Below are positions 24,201 through 37,553 of a stretch of DNA of 64,000 bases, piece after piece. Position numbers and translations under genes: made by a program. Location: the NCBI GenBank assembly GCA_964035545.1, contig OZ037773.1, forward strand, positions 7,717,751-7,781,750. The letters are read 5' to 3'. The DNA comes from Bugula neritina (lineage: Eukaryota; Animalia; Bryozoa). The notes beneath the pieces are model-generated. The model made no database searches. It was not told where the DNA came from and worked only from the letters and a program-made list of their open reading frames with translations. Positions within the stretch are counted from its first letter, which is position 1; each line of letters starts with the position of its first letter.

Positions 24201-27200
24201 ACCCACAGTATTCCCGGAGGCCATGTCTTTGACAGTCAAGCTTCTAGCCGAGTTTGATAAGATGGAAGCCACGGAGCAGGGGCGGGAAATAGCAGCTGGT
24301 AAACCAGTTTCCAGAGGGACGGTGCTCATTTTCCTTCCAGGTTTGTCGGGCGTTTCAAAGTGTAGAACTAAAGCTAGCATATGCTCTAAGTTTTCAACTT
24401 ATTTGTGAAACCTGGTATGCCTTAGCTAATTGGCCTTTTCCACTTGGTCGTTGCCAATTGTTTGATTTGCACGCAGGTCTTGCTGAGATACAGGACCTCT
24501 CAACTCTGATTGAGAGAGATGGAAATCTTCGTAACAGGAAACTGGCGGTTCTTCCTCTCCACTCGTCTATTACTCTAGAGGAACAGGGCAAGGTGTTCGA
24601 TAAACCTCACCAACTCTATAGGAAGGTTATTCTTTCTACAAACATAGCTGAGAGCTCCATCACTGTTCCTGATATTAAATATGGTAGGTTATCTCCCCCT
24701 CTCTCTCCCCCTTCCCCTCTCTCCCTAATGACATAGGAGTGTATAATATTTATATTTACATCTAAGGCTGTTTAAGTTTGAGTTTATGAGGTGAATTGAA
24801 CAATTTCACTTTCAAGTTTCTTCTTGCTATGCGACTTACTTCCTTTCTTATTAGTCGCTGTACCTTTAAGTTCATGGTGTTAGTGTTTCATATTGTTTAC
24901 TCTTCACTCTGCCCCCCCCCCCCTTTCTCTCATGATGTTAGACTGTGGGCCTATGTTTCTGGTACCTTGCCATTAGCCCCTGGTCCTTCTACATCATCTG
25001 GCTTCTCTGTTAGAGCTCCCTGTTATCCCCCACCATCTTTTACTGGTACACACTGTTAACTCTCCACTACACAATACTACCTCCTAGCACACGTTAGTAA
25101 ACATTTTTTATACCTGACACTCTTACCCTAATTCACTTTAACTTACTCTAGCTCACTCTTAGTCGTTACTACTCACTTACATACCTGCACTCAGTACTCT
25201 TCAGCTACACACTACTGTTAACTGTGACTCACAACTACTCACTCCTACTCATAACTACACAGTAGCACACACTATTACAGCTACACTATCCACTGATAAC
25301 TATCAATGAGTCGCACTCACTAGTAGCTCATCTACTGGTCACTCTGTGTTTGTAGTTATTGACTTCTGTCTGACCAAGTGTCTACAGACAGACCGGGACA
25401 CCAACATGACGTGCCTCAAGCTGGAGTGGGCAAGTAAAGCCAACTGTAAGCAGAGAATGGGGCGTGCGGGTCGCGTCTCCAACGGCCAGGTGTACAGACT
25501 AGTTCAGAAGAATTTCTATGAGCACTCGCTGGACGAGTACGGTCTGCCAGAGATGAGCAGGTGCCCTCTCACTCAGCTGGTGAGTGTGGAGTACTGTTAC
25601 TGTGTATACTCTTTGTCTATATTATATATACTCTCTATATTGTAATATACTCTCTGTCTATATTATAGATTTTAAAAGTGAAAAAACTTGGGCAGGAAGA
25701 GCCGAGGTATATCCTAGCCTCAGCTCTAGATCCGCCTCACATGAGTGAGATTGGGAAGTCAGTACTACTACTGAAAGAGGCCGGGGCTCTGGCAGATCCC
25801 AAGACTCCCAGTCTATATAATCCGTTTGACGGGCAGCTGACGTTCCTGGGTGAAGTGTTAGCCTCACTTCCTCTCAATATTGAGTTAGGCAAGGTAGGGC
25901 GTCTCCATGCTGTCCCTATGTTAACTCTGGTGGCTGGTTTGGGGCTTGTGTTGTTGACTTTCTTTTTTCTCAGAGACAACTACCATCTGACTTAAAACCT
26001 GTGTGTTGCTTCATCGCTTATGAGTCAATGGTTGTTTCATTACCTTTCGCTAACTTAAGGTTTTTTGTTACAGTTGTTGGTGTTTGGCTACATGTTGGGG
26101 TTGCTGCCAGAGTGTCTCATTATTGCTGCTTCCATGCACACCAGATCCATATTCCAGCAGCCTTTCAGGAGAAGAGTTGAGGCATTCAAACACAAGCTCA
26201 AGTGGGACAGAGGAATGCACAGCGACTCTCTAGCCACTGTCAACGCTTATAAAGTAAGTTCACAGCGTCTTAGTACCTACTTTCAATGTACATGAAGTGA
26301 GTTCACAGTGCATTTGTGTTGATAAATACATGATGTTCAAATGCTTTGTGACCCCAGGAATGGGATAGACTGAGGGAGCAGGAATACTTCATGAGAGCTC
26401 CGAATGCTGAGGCTAAATGGTGTCACGACAACTTCCTGCAGAAGAAGACGTTACACGAGGTGCACGAAGTGATACAAGACTTGGCGCGCAGGCTGGAAGA
26501 GCATGGCATTAAACCTCCACATAGCAGGGCCTCTCAACGTGCTGACACAGATGTTGCTGAGGAACAGTTATTACTCAAGGTGTGGTAGTAGTCAGTATAC
26601 TAGTAGTCAGTATACTAGTAGTTAGTGTACTAGTAGTCAGTATGCTAGTAGTTAGTATACTAGTAGTTAGTGTACTAGTAGTCAGTATACTAGTAGTTAG
26701 TATACTAGTAGTCAGTATACTAGTAGTCAGTATACTAGTAGTTAGTATACTAGTAGTTAGTATACTAGTAGTCAGTGTACTAGTAGTCAGTGTACTAGTA
26801 GTCAGTATACTAGTAGTTAGTATACTAGTAGTCAGTATACTAGTAGTCAGTGTACTAGTAGTCAGTGTACTAGTAACTGTCTCTTGCAGGTTGCCCTCTC
26901 CTGCGCCTTCTATCCACACTACTTCGGTCAGATGAAACCTGATCAGCAGAATGCCATGAGGCAGCTATCCGGAAAGTCTCCCCTCAACACCGTCTACATG
27001 ACTGGTCTTCCCAACAACCAGGGCATTCTCTATAAAAGGCAAATCGAGAAACTCATAGCTGAGCAAATACCCGGATGTAAAGTTCACTCTAGTTTTGAGA
27101 ATACAAGGTGCAGTTCTTAGGCTAAACGTGACGATTTTATTACAATAATTTAGTCAATAAATTCGTTTAACCTATGTCATCAAAATATTTACAGTTATCA

Positions 27201-30200
27201 TAATATATAAGATAACTTTTGGTGGCTTTTCATGGATTGAAACGTCTCTGAATTGCTTATGTAAGTGCAATTCATGGGCTGAAATATTGTATGTCAGACT
27301 TAGTCATTTGAAATACTTGAGGAGTTTACCAGCTTCAGAAACTTTACTCAGTATGAAGTACTATTAGGCTAAAGTAGTTTTATGTAGTGTAATTTACTAT
27401 CTTGCGTGTGGTACATATATTTGTATATCATTACATTACATGTAGTCATATTATACTTGTACACCGTTATATTACTTGTAGACTTTGTATATCAGTATAT
27501 CACATATAGTTATGTATATCATACGTATACAGGTGCTACTTAGAGTTTGACCACGCCCCAGGTGACTGTGGTGTGATACCTAATGCCATGTACATAGCCC
27601 TGCGAATGTCACATATGAAAGATCGGTTGGAACTCAATCTATTTGAAGACAGCGAGGCTTTCGATCTCATGCAGAGGATTCTGCAGAAACAAGAGAAAAA
27701 TGCTCATGAGAAGAAAATTCTAAATACAAACAGGTTTTAGTATACATGTATACCACCTATTTTATGTTAGAGTTAAACACTGTGTGCGGTAGAGCTCGAT
27801 GTGGTTCAGTGTAGTGTGATATTGAATTTATTGATCATTATTAAGTTATTTTAGTGAACGTATGTGCGCGCACACACACGCGCACACACACTCGCGCACA
27901 CTCACACGCACACACACACACACACAGTAACAGCAACAGCAAATGACACAACCATAGTCATCACTAAAACTCCATTAACAGATTTTACTAATTGTTAGAG
28001 CCTGTGAACCACACTCTAGTTCCAGTATTCTTTATTTATTTACGTCTCTAACTCTGCCAGCTGAAATAAGAGTATGTTATTGAAGCTGCATACACACACG
28101 GCTGTATATGAAACTAGTGAGCAGCATCATTCTGATGAGTCATGCTATGCTAATTTATTCTTCTTGCTCGTAGGATGTTCTTGGAGACTGGAGATAGTCG
28201 GAACTCTATGGTGCCCAAGAAGTCACTGCCCGGTGATATGATGACGTGCATCCAGCTTTTCGTTGTTCATGTGAGTATCTCTTCAGATATATCTCTTCTG
28301 TTTGCATTTTGTATTAGGCGCCGCAGAGTTTATTTCTAATTTTTTTTCATAAGAGTTGTCTAAACCTGTTTGGGTAACCTGACAGTACTACATCTATGAG
28401 AAGGTAACTGTTTCTAACTGCTCTCAGGTGGAAGAATGTGGCCACTTCTGGGCTCACGAGTGTGACGAGCAACAGATGAAGAACTTACACGATCTCCAAT
28501 CAGAAATCAACAAACCGAGTAACCTACAGATGGCAGCGGTGAGTTGTACTTACTCTGCCTTTACTCTATACTTACTCTGTACTCTGTACTTACTCTATAC
28601 TCTGTACTCTGTACTTACTCTGTACTTACTCTGTACTCTGTACTTACTTTATACTCTGTACTTACTCTGTCTTTACTCTATACTTACTCTGTACTCTGTA
28701 CTTACTTTATACTCTGTACTTACTCTGTACTCTATACTGTATACTCTGTACTCTGTACTTACTTTATACTCTGTACTTACTCTGTACTTACTCTGTACTC
28801 TGTACTTACTCTGTACTCTATACTGTATACTCTGTACTCTGTACTTACTCTATACTGTGTACTCTGTACTCTGTACTTACTCTATACTGTGTACTCTGTA
28901 CTTACTTTATACTCTGTACTTACTCTGTACTCTGTACTTACTCTATACTCTGTACTTACTCTTCACTCAGTACTTACCTGCACTCACAGCTAACATTTAC
29001 AGTAAACACTTCCCATGTACTAGTTTGTATAGAAGCAGTACCATTGTGCCATTTTATGAAATTATAATGAAACCACACCTCAAAGTTTCACTATTGATGA
29101 CGGAGCTTTGCTGAAAGTCTTGTCATTTAGAAAATGCATATTGGTCATTTTACTTAATTTAGTACACACTGGATATCTTCAGTTTTTGGCTACTTTTCAC
29201 AATTTAGCTGGTAATGAACATGGTTTTTTGACAAAAACTAGTAAAACATCAATAAATACACCTAAATAATCAAAGTTCTTTTTAATTTTGCTTCATTTCC
29301 CATGTTTTTCCCTAATTATTCAGCTAGTTTTGGTTACGGACCTTACGGTTTTTTCGTAACGGTCGCACATATAGAATATTAAGTGCATATGACAATGACC
29401 TGTGTTTTAATGTTGGGGAATCCCCTCCCAGCCTTTTCTGTTATGCGTAGTTAAGACCAGCACATAAAAATACCATGTATAGTAAACTTCAATTGATTTT
29501 GAGCAAACTTTAATGTTAGGTCATAAGTTGCTGGTGTGTACTAAATGAAGTAAACTGACTCATAATATAGTAACATATTTTACTCTATTGCAGATCCTCA
29601 CTTTGTGAGAATTCTGTATCAGCAGCAGCCTCGTTAATGATTAATTCAATTTTTCTACTTCCAAGTGTAGTTGTGACTCTCTATTGTTGAACGTTTCTGC
29701 TATATTTTTACTCCAGCACACTATATAATAAAGTGGGTTGTAATTGCAGCCAATAATGAACCCTGTTGCGGGCAGCCTATGTATAGCCCCGTACGAAGGA
29801 CAATATTTCAGGGCTAAGATCGCAGCAGTTAGAGGCAACGAAGCTCAAGTGTACTTTGTCGACTATGGGAACTCGGAGGTCGTGAACTTTGGTGTGATTA
29901 GACAGCTGCTGCCTTGTTTCAAAGCACTGGAGTTTCAGGTACTCGGTGAAATATATTCAATATGTGATGTGGTACGTCATTACCATTCAACTTGCAGTTT
30001 GGGAAATCAGTTTCGTTCAACATGTTATTGATAAGTCATTTTTTTTAAATACTCCTACACTGTATACACTGTAAATAGTAAATTATTTTTGTTCAAATAT
30101 ATGATTCGGTGAATTTTTTGTTCAATATTTAATTTGGTAAGTTATTTTTGTTGAATATGTAATTTAGTGCGTCATTGTTTTAAATATGTGAATTGGTGAA

Positions 30201-33200
30201 CCATTTTGTGTTCAATATATAATCTGGTATATATAATTTCTGTTCAATATTCTGTTTGGTGCGTCATTGTCATTCAATTTAAATTACATTGTTTGAAGGC
30301 AATAGAATGTGCATTTGCGGAGATTGCGCCCCCTATGGGTGGCCAGTACACGCCCGCTATGAATCAGATGTTTGCTAACATGCTGCTAGAGAAATTAGTC
30401 TACTGCGAGATCTACTCCGTCGATAAAGGTTTGTGCAGCCTTCGCATGTAATGAGTAATGTTATTATTATATTTAACAAAGGTATATAATATAATATAAT
30501 AAGTAGTGTTATTATTATATTCTGATAAAAGTAATTTCCTTGGATTTTAAAATTTGCACTATAACTCTACTGCAATTTTTGACTTATGTCGAAGTGCATG
30601 CATTCGTGGTATAGCCTCTCCCACTCATAAGACATAATTTTACATTTTTAATTCATTAATATATTGGCCACATTGCAGTTTAACTATAAAAGTGATTGTA
30701 ATGGGTTTGTGGTGAAATAATGTCTAATGTCATATAGACTGGGCTCCATCAATACGATTGTTTATACATACCACATCATAGTCTAATGACAACATTCTGT
30801 ACTTTAAAGGTGTGCTAAGGCTAAAAAGAGTTGTAAGTGCTGAGGACCAATGCGTGGATTACCACAGCATCCTGTATGCTAAGGGCATGGTGACGAAACG
30901 CGAAGAGTCCTTCACTTCGCAGGTATATCTTTAGAATTTACAAGTCAAACTCTAAAACTAATTTTGTAATAAAGCTGTTGTAAATTATTGTACATGAAGG
31001 AAGACTATTTTTGATCAAGTTTCATCGTACAAAAAATCAATACCGCACACACTGGGTAAATGATGCATAAAGAGTTATGGTTATTAAATTGATGGAAAAG
31101 GTATAAAAATAAACATTAATTTAATCTAATCTTATAAATACAAAATTATAAAGAAATACTCTTTTATTGATGCTGTTGCAATGCTTTTCTCAGTAAAATG
31201 TGTTACATTTCATTTTTCTAGTATTGGGAAGGCATGGCTCTTTTGGTCAATGAAATGTGCAGTGCATATTATTTAAGTCCTAATGCAGGGAAGTATTGTG
31301 TGGTGGGCAGGGAGGGTTAACAAGTGCAGGTTGGGGTGGTATGATTCAGCCAATAAGGGTTGTGTTCCACTTCACTGCTGCACCACTCTACTCATAGACT
31401 TTAAACCTGCCAAGTTGCAGCTTCTGTGACTCACAGAGTTATTTTAATAAATTTATTGCCAGTTCTATGATGCAGAACTCTACATATTCCCCATATCTTC
31501 ACCTTTTAGATAACAATTCTATTTTAAACTTCATGAGTCATTCTCTTGGAGTTTGGGCAATCAATGTCCCATTTATGTAATCTCATCTTTTATGTGATTC
31601 AAGTGTTGATGATATTCCGTGATGCAGAACGTGTTAATGTATAGTGTTAATGTATAGAGAGATCACTGTTTGCATGTAGAGAGATTGGCGTTAGTATATT
31701 GAGAGGTCAGTGTTAGTATGTAGAGAGATTAGTGTTAGTATATTTAGAGGTCAGTGTTATTATGAAAAGGTCACATGTAAGTCATGTGATTTGGTATTTG
31801 AGGCAGCAAAAGTTCGTATTTCTTTGGTTTGTTGCAGTATTTGTACAACTTTTTTAATGGAAGTTAAGTATTTCCTAGGAATTGTGTCCCCAACTAAGGA
31901 CCATGTAATACCATTCCTCCATTAACAGATACTATCTCACTATTAAATCTATAACAAGATCAATAAATGTTGCTCTTCTTCATGCTTCATTAACATCTGA
32001 AAGCTCACAGTTGCCAAGTTATTAAATTGTTATGAAATATTTCCAAAATTGCCATAAAATGTTACCGAAATGCTTGAATTATGTGTATTTTTATAGTGGG
32101 CGACCATTTAGCTACCTCTATAATGGCAGCACAAGAATTTGAGAGTAGCTAGCCTGTAAACAAGTCCCTGCCCTTATTTTAAAATGTAATGACTTTTTAA
32201 GTTGTCAACACATATAATTCATAGTTGAAACCTGTTAATTTTATTATTTAAAAGGCTCCATAACAAATATATGCAAGGATATGTTATTTTTTGTATTTGT
32301 TTTGTTGTAAATATTGTGATGCCATATTCTGTAGCAAAACCACCAGTTGAGATACGGAGGTGGGTGTGTGGGGCAGGGTCATGATCCCAGTGAGGAAGGG
32401 CAAGGTGAAGGTCATTGGGGGTTCGGTCTCGATGAGGATATCCCTCTGCCAAGGACCTCTTACAAACGACAGACTATATCTGGGCCGTTCAGCCCTATAG
32501 AGCTCAAGTTCTGTGGCCTTGCTGCACATGGGCGAATGAAGTATGTTATACTCTGTATATTATACCCTATACTCTGTATATTATACTCATTACTCTGTAT
32601 ATTATACTCATTACTCTGTATATTATACTCTATACTCTGTATATTATACTCATTACTCTGTATATTATACTCTATACTCTGTATATTATACTATATACTC
32701 TGTATATTATACTCTATACTCTGTATATTATACTCTGTACTCTGTATATTATACTATATACTCTGTATATTATACTCTGTACTCTGTATATTATACTCTG
32801 TACTCTGTATATTATACTCTACACACTGTATATTATACTCTATACTCTGTATATTATACTCTGTACTCTGTATATTATACTCTGTACTCTGTATATTATA
32901 CTCTATACTCTGTATATTATACCCTATACTCTGTATATTATACTCTATACTCTGTATATTATACTCTATACTCTGTATATTATACTCTATACTCTGTATA
33001 TTATACTCTATACTCTGTACACGGTTTCTTCACAGGGTGTATCAGCCATTAGCTGCTCGTGCCAGAGGTTATATTTAGCCGTCTGCTAATTATTTTACTG
33101 ATATTTTGTCACCCAAATCTCCCATTACTCTCAAGTGCTTACTGAGTAATGGTATTTTCTCTCTGAATTGCCAAATCACTGATGAAATCATAATAACATA

Positions 33201-36200
33201 TCTTATCAAACATTATTTCTGTCTCCCAATACTTTAGTGTGTAGATGCATGGTTTGGCCACTTTAATGTGTTATTACTGTTGTTACCACACCCCCTCACT
33301 ACTACTATTATATGGTATGTACACACACTGTAATTAACGCTGTGATACAGGGAGAAGTGTGTATTGTTGTGTATAATTATATATACATGTATACTAAGTA
33401 TATGGGACTCTGACACATTGCACACGGTATATGTACAAGTATTCATTAGCATTACGCAAGTAAAGTTTGGAACAAATTGTTTTGTTCCGTTGGTGGCAGC
33501 TGTAGTTTTCTAATTTACTTTAGTTACTTGAAATTTTGAGATATTTTCCTGCCGCCACTTCCCTTCTTTAGGCTACTTTTCAATCTTTCCTCTGATATTC
33601 GTTTGCAAAAATAATCTTTATTTATTACATCATGGAGTTGTTGCCTCCATGTAAAACTCAACATAGTTATTTCAGGCTGCATAATTATATAATCTTGCAG
33701 GTTTCTAGATCACTTGACTATCTCCACAGCTGGGTACTGCTTTCTCTGTGCTGTTTTACTAAAACTTTTATCATAGACTAAGATTTTACGTTCAAGTATG
33801 TGATTGTTGCAGGGAGGTGAAGGTAGAGCCCTCAAGTGTGAATGCTATAGCCTTAGATGAAGAAGCAGCCGACCAACATGATAGACTAATGGTAGGTGGT
33901 GACTTACCAACTCTATTCGTCGTTTACTCAGGGCCAAATATATTTTCACTTTGTATTCAAACATCTGTAATAAATGTACATATATAGGCAGGTAAACATA
34001 TGTGTGGAGTAAAGGTTATACTGTTTACCTGCAGATCGCAGCAGTCAGCAGTGTGAACTCATCAGGTAACAGAATCATAGCGAGAGAAACGACGTTGATG
34101 CCGAATATTCACGGACTTCCGGCCCTCATGTGTCTGTTGTTTGCTCCTTCCATTATCATCAGGTAGGACTTTATTAACCTGAATGTTTATTGTCTATAAT
34201 CCCCTATAATCTATAGTAGTATATTATAGTCTATAGTAGTATATAGTCTAGAGTAGTATATAGTCTACAATATCTATAATAGTTTGCAATTTGTAATAGT
34301 TTATAACCTATATTAGTCTTTAGTTTATGCTAGTCTTCAATCTATGAGTCTATAGTCTATACCCTAAGATATTGTATAATATGTTATAGTCCATATACTA
34401 TAGTAGCCTCTGTTCTTTAATCTATAGCAGCTTATCAACTACTTACATCATATATTATGCTAAGATATATTATTTTATCTTCTACGTAGTTATCTCTTCT
34501 CTAAGTTACTCTGCTCAACTAATAGTAAGTTATATTCACTGTGTTTAGTCCCTACCAGTTTTCTTGCCTATTTACCTAGGTAGTAGATGAAAGAAAAATG
34601 TTTCTATATAATTTGTAGTCTTGTAATTTTTGTACAAGATGAAAGAGGTTTGAGGGAATGGTTAGCATTGCTTCCTATCACTGAATAGTTTAAGTATGCT
34701 CGAGTATTAAGTAACTAGTAATACTGTAATACTATTGGTTCATATGCCTATTGTTATTAGCGGTTTTCTTTGGCAATGGTGACAGCAAACAGAAATTGAC
34801 ACAACTTCAGGCAATCGGCTATTCCTGTGGGCCAGGCTGTCATTGTAGTCTGATACTGCCGGGCCAGCTTGGACTAGGTTGCCATTGTGGTCTGATACTG
34901 CCGGGCCAGCTTGGACCAGGCTGTCATTGTAGTCTGATACTGCCGGGCCAGCTTGGACTAGGTTGCCATTGTTGAGTCACAGCTCTATTGTATTTACTTC
35001 CCACTCCCTACTCTGTCTGCAGTTGATTTATGGCCTCTCTAAAAACTCTAGAATCTTCTTGCCAGCTGCTTCTTGCGTCTTCAACTTCTGTGCTGGTGAA
35101 TTGAGCCAAGTTTCGTCAGAACCTGTGTAAGGTTGGAATAATGATTGATTTATTGTCAAGTGTTTTTGTTTTCAATAAGAAAAAAGCTTTGTTGTGTAAC
35201 AAAGGAGGCTGCCCTGTCAAAACCTTCACTTCCTGTTCTTGTATAAGGAGAGGAGAGAGTTACGTTCTTTTCTGTGAGTTTACGTAGCACTAGTGGACTC
35301 AAAGTTCAACCGTGACTTGCACATCTAGCCCTGTTTCCTGTTGAATACGTTATGTTCAGTCTACAAGGTGGTGTTTAGTCTACAGGATGGTGTTCAGGCT
35401 ACAAAGTTATATTTAGACTACAAGTTTATGTTCCTTAGTAAGCTATGTTACTGAGAACTAAACAGTTTTCATAGCTAGTCACCAACTTCTGGTTGGCTCC
35501 ATCAAATTGTACTTGAATGATGGTCACATGACTTTAAAGACACTATTGTGATATTTCAGTAGCTTTTCCACCTTAAACATCTTGCATGAAGATTTTAGTA
35601 GAAGTTTTTGTTTTCACTTCAACAAAATCCAAAATTCTATTAATATCTTTTCTTTGCCATTCCAGTGAATAATTATGCAGCCTTCTCAAGGTTAAGATAT
35701 ATAATATACTCCCTAGCTAGATTTGGTTTGAAAGAGAGGTTGGGGCTGGACCTATTAACATATCAGCTCTGTGTTGTCCCACTATATTGGAGTTGTATCA
35801 TGAATTGATATTTAATCTGAATAGACTAAATGCTTTAAACCAATATATTTAAAAACAATCAAGTTTTTGTTGATGTCAAAAGTTTTAATTTTGCACATCT
35901 CTATATTATTATTTTTATAAATTAATTATCTCTGTAGATGTTATTGTCCTAAGCTGTGATGTTAGGCTAATATATGATGATGATAATGCAATATATAATA
36001 ATATAATATATATTATATAATAATAAGAATATTTCTATTGCAAACTGTACACTCTACTTGATGTTGTAAGGGATTTAGCTGTAAGATATACATACCAGGC
36101 TAGCATCATGCAAGTACATGTCCAATGATGTGTGATTTAATAACACTGGTATAATGGTGGCCGCACCTCAATCCGCTATATCTACACATCTCATCAACGT

Positions 36201-37454
36201 ATCTACATATCTCATCCAAGTTCACAAAGAATTCCCAATTTTCACTTCATTAAAAATACTATTAGTTATGTCAACACAGTTTCACTGCAGGTTTGACTGA
36301 TGGTATTACATTTAATTTTTGATGGCAGCTTTTAGATACAACTGATATGAACTCTTATAAATTATTTATACATTTAAAAGTTAAAGTTGGTCAGGTGTTA
36401 GTAACAGAAGCTACTTAACGATATCAAGTTAATGCCCTAGGGTGGTGTTAGTTCATTCCTTGCATGTGAATCTTTGCCAATATAAGGTTCTTAAAGATTT
36501 ATAGATACGATGTTGCCAAAATCATTGCATTCATTACACTATTAGAATATTACCTTGGTCTGAGCTTGCTGCTATCTATATTATATAAAAACTACTGTTA
36601 GAGATGTTTGTATCTTGTAACTGGGAATGATACTTATGATAGTATATATTAATAACTGGTAGTATAGCTGTAGTAGATAGTGTAGGGGTTCAACTATTAT
36701 ATAGTACAAACAAGAAACTGCTTTGACCTGTAATCTATTATTAATCTCAAAGTTAGTGATTGAAGCTTTAATTGATAGGCTTATATAGCAATATGCATGT
36801 CTATATGCTATATGTATCTTGAAATCATTCTTGTATGTAAATATCTGCGCAGTACTGTAATATATTTATGTAGTACTGTAATATATTTACGTAGTACTGT
36901 AATATATTTATGTAATACTGTAATATCACCCTATTGTGAAGTATGTGATATATAGTACTATTACTATGAGTGTTATACTATGAGTACTATTACTATGAGT
37001 GCTCTACTATAAGTACTATACTATGAGTATTATTACTATGGGTACTATTACTATGAGTACTATTACTATGGGTACTATTACTATGGGTACTATTACTATG
37101 GGTACTATTACTATGGGTACTATTACTATGAGTACTATTACTATGGGTACTATTACTATGAGTATTATTGCAGGAGAGACAAGCAGAGAAAATTCTACAC
37201 TGGTGCAATCTGTGGACTGGGTGCTGATCCTAAAACTGGAGGCTCCGCCTTCCCGGACCACGACATTGAGCTGGAGTTTGATGTGCAGTTTGACGTGGAT
37301 GATATCAGCAATGTAATGCGCTGTATCTGTAGTTATTCGCTGTATCTGTAGTTATTCGGTTATTCAAAATATAATAATAACATAATATATATTGTGATAT
37401 GTAATATATACTGTATATTGTGATATATAATGTAATATATAATATATATATATA

Positions 37455-37553
<99 letters not shown>

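Noticed and set aside
29010-29372. Possible DNA-transposon end (...cgtaacggtcgcacatat)
   Set aside because: Only one apparent terminus, with no matching inverted repeat, target-site duplication or second copy in the window.
26586-33019. Regular arrays as possible CRISPR loci
   Set aside because: No unique spacers, no cas genes, and a eukaryotic intron context.
36574-36620. Helitron-like 5' start (tctatattatataaaa)
   Set aside because: No paired 3' hairpin and CTRR end identified; too short to support in AT-rich DNA.
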